From assembly GCA_964474695.1 (NCBI GenBank), contig CAYYTK010000017.1:25572-89571 (forward strand): a DNA stretch of 64,000 nt. The letters run 5' to 3'. Position 1 is the first letter of the stretch, and each line of letters starts with the position of its first letter. Shown piece by piece: positions 61,482 to 64,000 of the stretch. The notes beneath the pieces were generated by a model that saw only the letters and a program-made list of their open reading frames with translations, was not told the origin of the DNA and searched no databases. Both the position numbers and the translations under genes were made by a program. Source of the DNA: an uncultured Anaerolineales bacterium (GTDB lineage: Bacteria; Chloroflexota; Anaerolineae; CG2-30-64-16).

Positions 61482-63049
61482 GCAGGGCCACTGCTTGGGC
61501 CGGTGAATACTTTCAGGCCAGCCAGGCCCGCTTCGCCGACGTCTATCGCGCCTATGCGGCCGAGCATTACGAAGACTACAGCAGCCTGCAGGCCGAGCTT
61601 GCCAATCTGACGATTGCGGTCCGCTGGTGCTTGGAACAGGGGGAGAGAGAACGCGCAGTTGAGTTGGTTGCTTCCATGAGTAGTTTCTGGCTTGCCCGCG
61701 GCTACTGGGCAGAGGCCGCCGAGTATGCCAACGTCGCGGCCGTACAACAGAACCAGGCCGACCCTCGACTCGTCGGAAAATCGCGCCAGGACTGGGTGAT
61801 GCTTCATGTCGTAAACGTGGTCGCGCTATGGCTCCAGGGGCAACACGACGCAGCCAGAGACTCGCTCGGCAGCCTGATCGTAGCTAATGGAACTGATTCC
61901 GATAAGATTATCGAGAGTGGCTTGGGCCTACTGACAGGACTGATGACGACTGCAAGCGGGCAGGAAGATGAGGCGATCGCCCTCTACCGAATGGCCCTGA
62001 AGCAAGTACGCGAGCTCAACCATCCGCCGACACTTGCGCTCGTGCTCGACATGCTGGCGCAAGCTCTGGCTGAGCAGGGGCTATACACCGAAGCCATCGG
62101 CTTGTACCAGGAAAAACTACAGCTCATCCGGCAGTCACCCGAACCAACGATCATCATCGAGACACTGCGGGGCCTGGCGGTCGTCGCGAGAAGTGCCGGC
62201 CTTATGGATTTGGCAGAAGGCTGCCTGGAAGATGCAGCCGAACTGGCCCTGCAACATGCGCCTATTGAGCAGCATCGAGAGGCACGGGCAGACCTGGCGG
62301 CCGAGGCGAGCCGACGCGGTGACTTCGCCCGGGCTGCCGCCATATATCGCGAACTAGTCGACCAGGCTCGATTGCAAGGCGACAGACCGACGATGGCCGA
62401 CATGCTCCGTAGTCTCGCCCTTGCCGAAGATGAGTTGGGCAAGGACGTGGGCGAGACGCTCGAAGAGAGCTTGTCCCTCAGTCGGCAGATTGCTGATGCG
62501 CCCGGTATGGCCCGATCGCTGCTCCAACTGGGCGAGTACCATTATGACAGAGGCGAAGCAGATCGCGCCCAGAACTGCTACGACCAGGCCACAGGAATCG
62601 CTGCTCGCATCAACGACCCAGCACTGGAGGCGCTGGCCTGCGAAGGGATAGCCGACTTGGCATTCGATCGCGACGCATGGGAAGAGGCAGAGCATGGCTA
62701 TGCGCGCAGCGTAAGGCTCCACAAAGCTGGCAGGCAGGCAGAGGGGCAAGCCCGGACTCTCCATCGGCTTGGGCAAGTCCTGGCTAGCAACAACAAACGT
62801 ACCGAGGCTGCCGCCGCCTTCCGAGCAGCCATGGATCTGAACGAGCGCCTCGGCGACCGTGAAGCATATGCTGCCGGCCTCTATGGGATAGCTTGCCTCT
62901 GGGCCGACGAGGGCAAATCAGACGAAGCGCTCAAGTTCGGCCAGGCGGCGTTAGAAATCTTGAAGTCGCTCCAATCCATTCATGCGGTTGAGGTCGAGCA
63001 GAATTTGACTGGATGGGCCGCGGGCAATCGAGGTTGCAAAGTCCGGTGA
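61478..63049 (+). CDS. TPR-repeat protein
   Basis: The start overlaps the previous stop (ATGA at 61478-61481). The track's upstream extension from 61370 is Arg-rich and implausible. Repeated TPR-like helices are present (ALYRMALKQ, AIGLYQEKL, AAIYRELVDQ, AQNCYDQA, HGYARSVRL). Confidence 0.75.
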   Translation: MSRATAWAGEYFQASQARFADVYRAYAAEHYEDYSSLQAELANLTIAVRWCLEQGERERAVELVASMSSFWLARGYWAEAAEYANVAAVQQNQADPRLVGKSRQDWVMLHVVNVVALWLQGQHDAARDSLGSLIVANGTDSDKIIESGLGLLTGLMTTASGQEDEAIALYRMALKQVRELNHPPTLALVLDMLAQALAEQGLYTEAIGLYQEKLQLIRQSPEPTIIIETLRGLAVVARSAGLMDLAEGCLEDAAELALQHAPIEQHREARADLAAEASRRGDFARAAAIYRELVDQARLQGDRPTMADMLRSLALAEDELGKDVGETLEESLSLSRQIADAPGMARSLLQLGEYHYDRGEADRAQNCYDQATGIAARINDPALEALACEGIADLAFDRDAWEEAEHGYARSVRLHKAGRQAEGQARTLHRLGQVLASNNKRTEAAAAFRAAMDLNERLGDREAYAAGLYGIACLWADEGKSDEALKFGQAALEILKSLQSIHAVEVEQNLTGWAAGNRGCKVR

Positions 63050-63348
63050 CTATCCTCCGAGAACACCAATGTTGAGCCGCTTTCGGTGATTTGGGCGGAG
63101 GACACTGCAAGGGCAAGGAATACGCAACGGAGCAGTAACTCCGTGCGGTAGGAGACACTTTTCATGACACACACCCCTCTCGATCGAGCTTTCCATTCCA
63201 GCAGGTTTCAGTCTGAGACACGTACTTCACCGATCAAGAGATGTGTTCTTTCGAATTGCGTGGTCACCAGACAGAGCCATGATTGCCTCCATATCTAGCA
63301 GGGTGGCGGGCAGTCGTGACGACGCATTAGTGGGATGAGAGAGTCTGT

Positions 63349-64000
63349 ATGCCGATCACGCTGTTGGCCCGCTACTGGAACGATCTGAACCTCCATTTCC
63401 AGGTCCCCGACGATGTGGTGCCGGTGGACATCACCGAGACGGCGCGCTGGTTCTTCGAGGAAGACGAGGCCGACTATCACGACTACCGAGAGGACTTCCC
63501 CTGCGTCGTGTCGCCCTGGCCGGCGGCGTGGTTTGAGTTCCCTGCGCCCGAGTGGTCGAACCAGGATGGACAGCTCGTCAAGCTGCCGACCCTCCCGGGG
63601 CTGCGTTACGGCTTCTTCGTGCAGGTCCAGGAACTGCCCGAAGAAGAGCGCGCCGACGCCCTGCGCCACGACATGCTGCTGGCGGCCGAGGAGCGCGCCG
63701 GTCGGATCTACACTGCGCCCGAGATTCGCGCCCAGCGCCAGGAGATGATTGCCCACTACCTCGCCAACGACATCCTGCCGCGCTGGGTGCAGCTCGTCGG
63801 CTTCTGCATCGGGGACGATGACCGCTTCGAAGTGATCGCCGCGCCGCAGTTCTACCTGGACGGCGATGGCCGCATCCTGAGCCGGCTGGCCGTCCTGACC
63901 GGCGCGTCGCCGGACTCGAACCTCGACATCGGCATGGTGCAGCCAGTTTTCTTCGCACTCTCGCTCCTGCACTGCCGCAACGTCACCACGGAGGACCAAC
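63349..64000 (+). CDS. hypothetical protein, C-terminus outside the window
   Basis: Hand translation from the ATG at 63349 (MPITLLARYWNDLNLHFQVPDDVVPVDITETARWFFEEDEADYHDY...) stays open to nt 64000 with strongly GC-rich third positions. It is absent from the track only because it has no stop. The 63295-63999 minus-strand ORF is its antisense shadow. Confidence 0.55.
   Translation, partial: MPITLLARYWNDLNLHFQVPDDVVPVDITETARWFFEEDEADYHDYREDFPCVVSPWPAAWFEFPAPEWSNQDGQLVKLPTLPGLRYGFFVQVQELPEEERADALRHDMLLAAEERAGRIYTAPEIRAQRQEMIAHYLANDILPRWVQLVGFCIGDDDRFEVIAAPQFYLDGDGRILSRLAVLTGASPDSNLDIGMVQPVFFALSLLHCRNVTTEDQ

Noticed and set aside
62980-63174. A minus-strand 64-aa ORF whose inner Met gives MKSVSYRTELLLRCVFLALAVSSAQ..., which looks like a signal peptide.
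   Set aside because: It overlaps the 3' end of the TPR gene by ~70 nt, has no obvious RBS, and the mature part would be very short and unremarkable. The evidence is insufficient.
1-64000. A search by eye for tRNA, rRNA, tmRNA, CRISPR repeats, reverse transcriptase/retron or DGR components, and IS transposases with terminal inverted repeats.
   Set aside because: I recognised none. The only recombinase is the serine recombinase at 33826-36207. A proper tRNAscan/Infernal/ISfinder run could still reveal small elements I cannot see manually.

Overview
This is a high-GC bacterial chromosomal segment. My lineage guess is a filamentous, multicellular-type bacterium such as Chloroflexota, at low confidence. 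I saw no rRNA, tRNA or CRISPR array by eye. Almost the whole window is conflict/immunity genes, nearly all on the + strand.

Left to right:
- an RHH/PIN (VapBC-type) toxin-antitoxin pair;
- a DUF1156 methylase / PD-(D/E)xK-like / DUF499 ATPase restriction-like cluster, followed by a stand-alone TIR protein;
- two tandem TIR-TM-WD40-TPR giants;
- a two-gene module that I rate the best candidate for an undescribed system: a channel-like 2TM-RCK-RyR protein plus a RelA/SpoT-TPR-SLOG-RyR protein;
- a 6-phosphofructokinase;
- a TIR-NB-ARC-WD40(x14) protein;
- an AT-richer four-gene cassette with its own consensus promoter (xHH HNH-like nuclease, small membrane protein, unknown protein, HerA/FtsK-like ATPase), abutting a large serine recombinase with an unusual C-terminal extension;
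- a frameshifted HTH/NB-ARC gene;
- a type IIG restriction-modification enzyme carrying structured, repeat-like in-frame insertions;
- a SAP-motif protein;
- a tightly coupled five-gene operon (TIR-ATPase, glycine-zipper membrane ATPase, TIR-STAND-TM-propeller, caspase-TIR, TIR-STAND-TM-WD40x21-TPR);
- a membrane-anchored NB-ARC separated from its TPR part by one in-frame amber codon.

Eight TIR domains occur in 64 kb. Most reverse-strand ORFs in the track are GC-driven antisense shadows. All domain calls come from motifs read by eye in the supplied translations; no HMM or database search was run.
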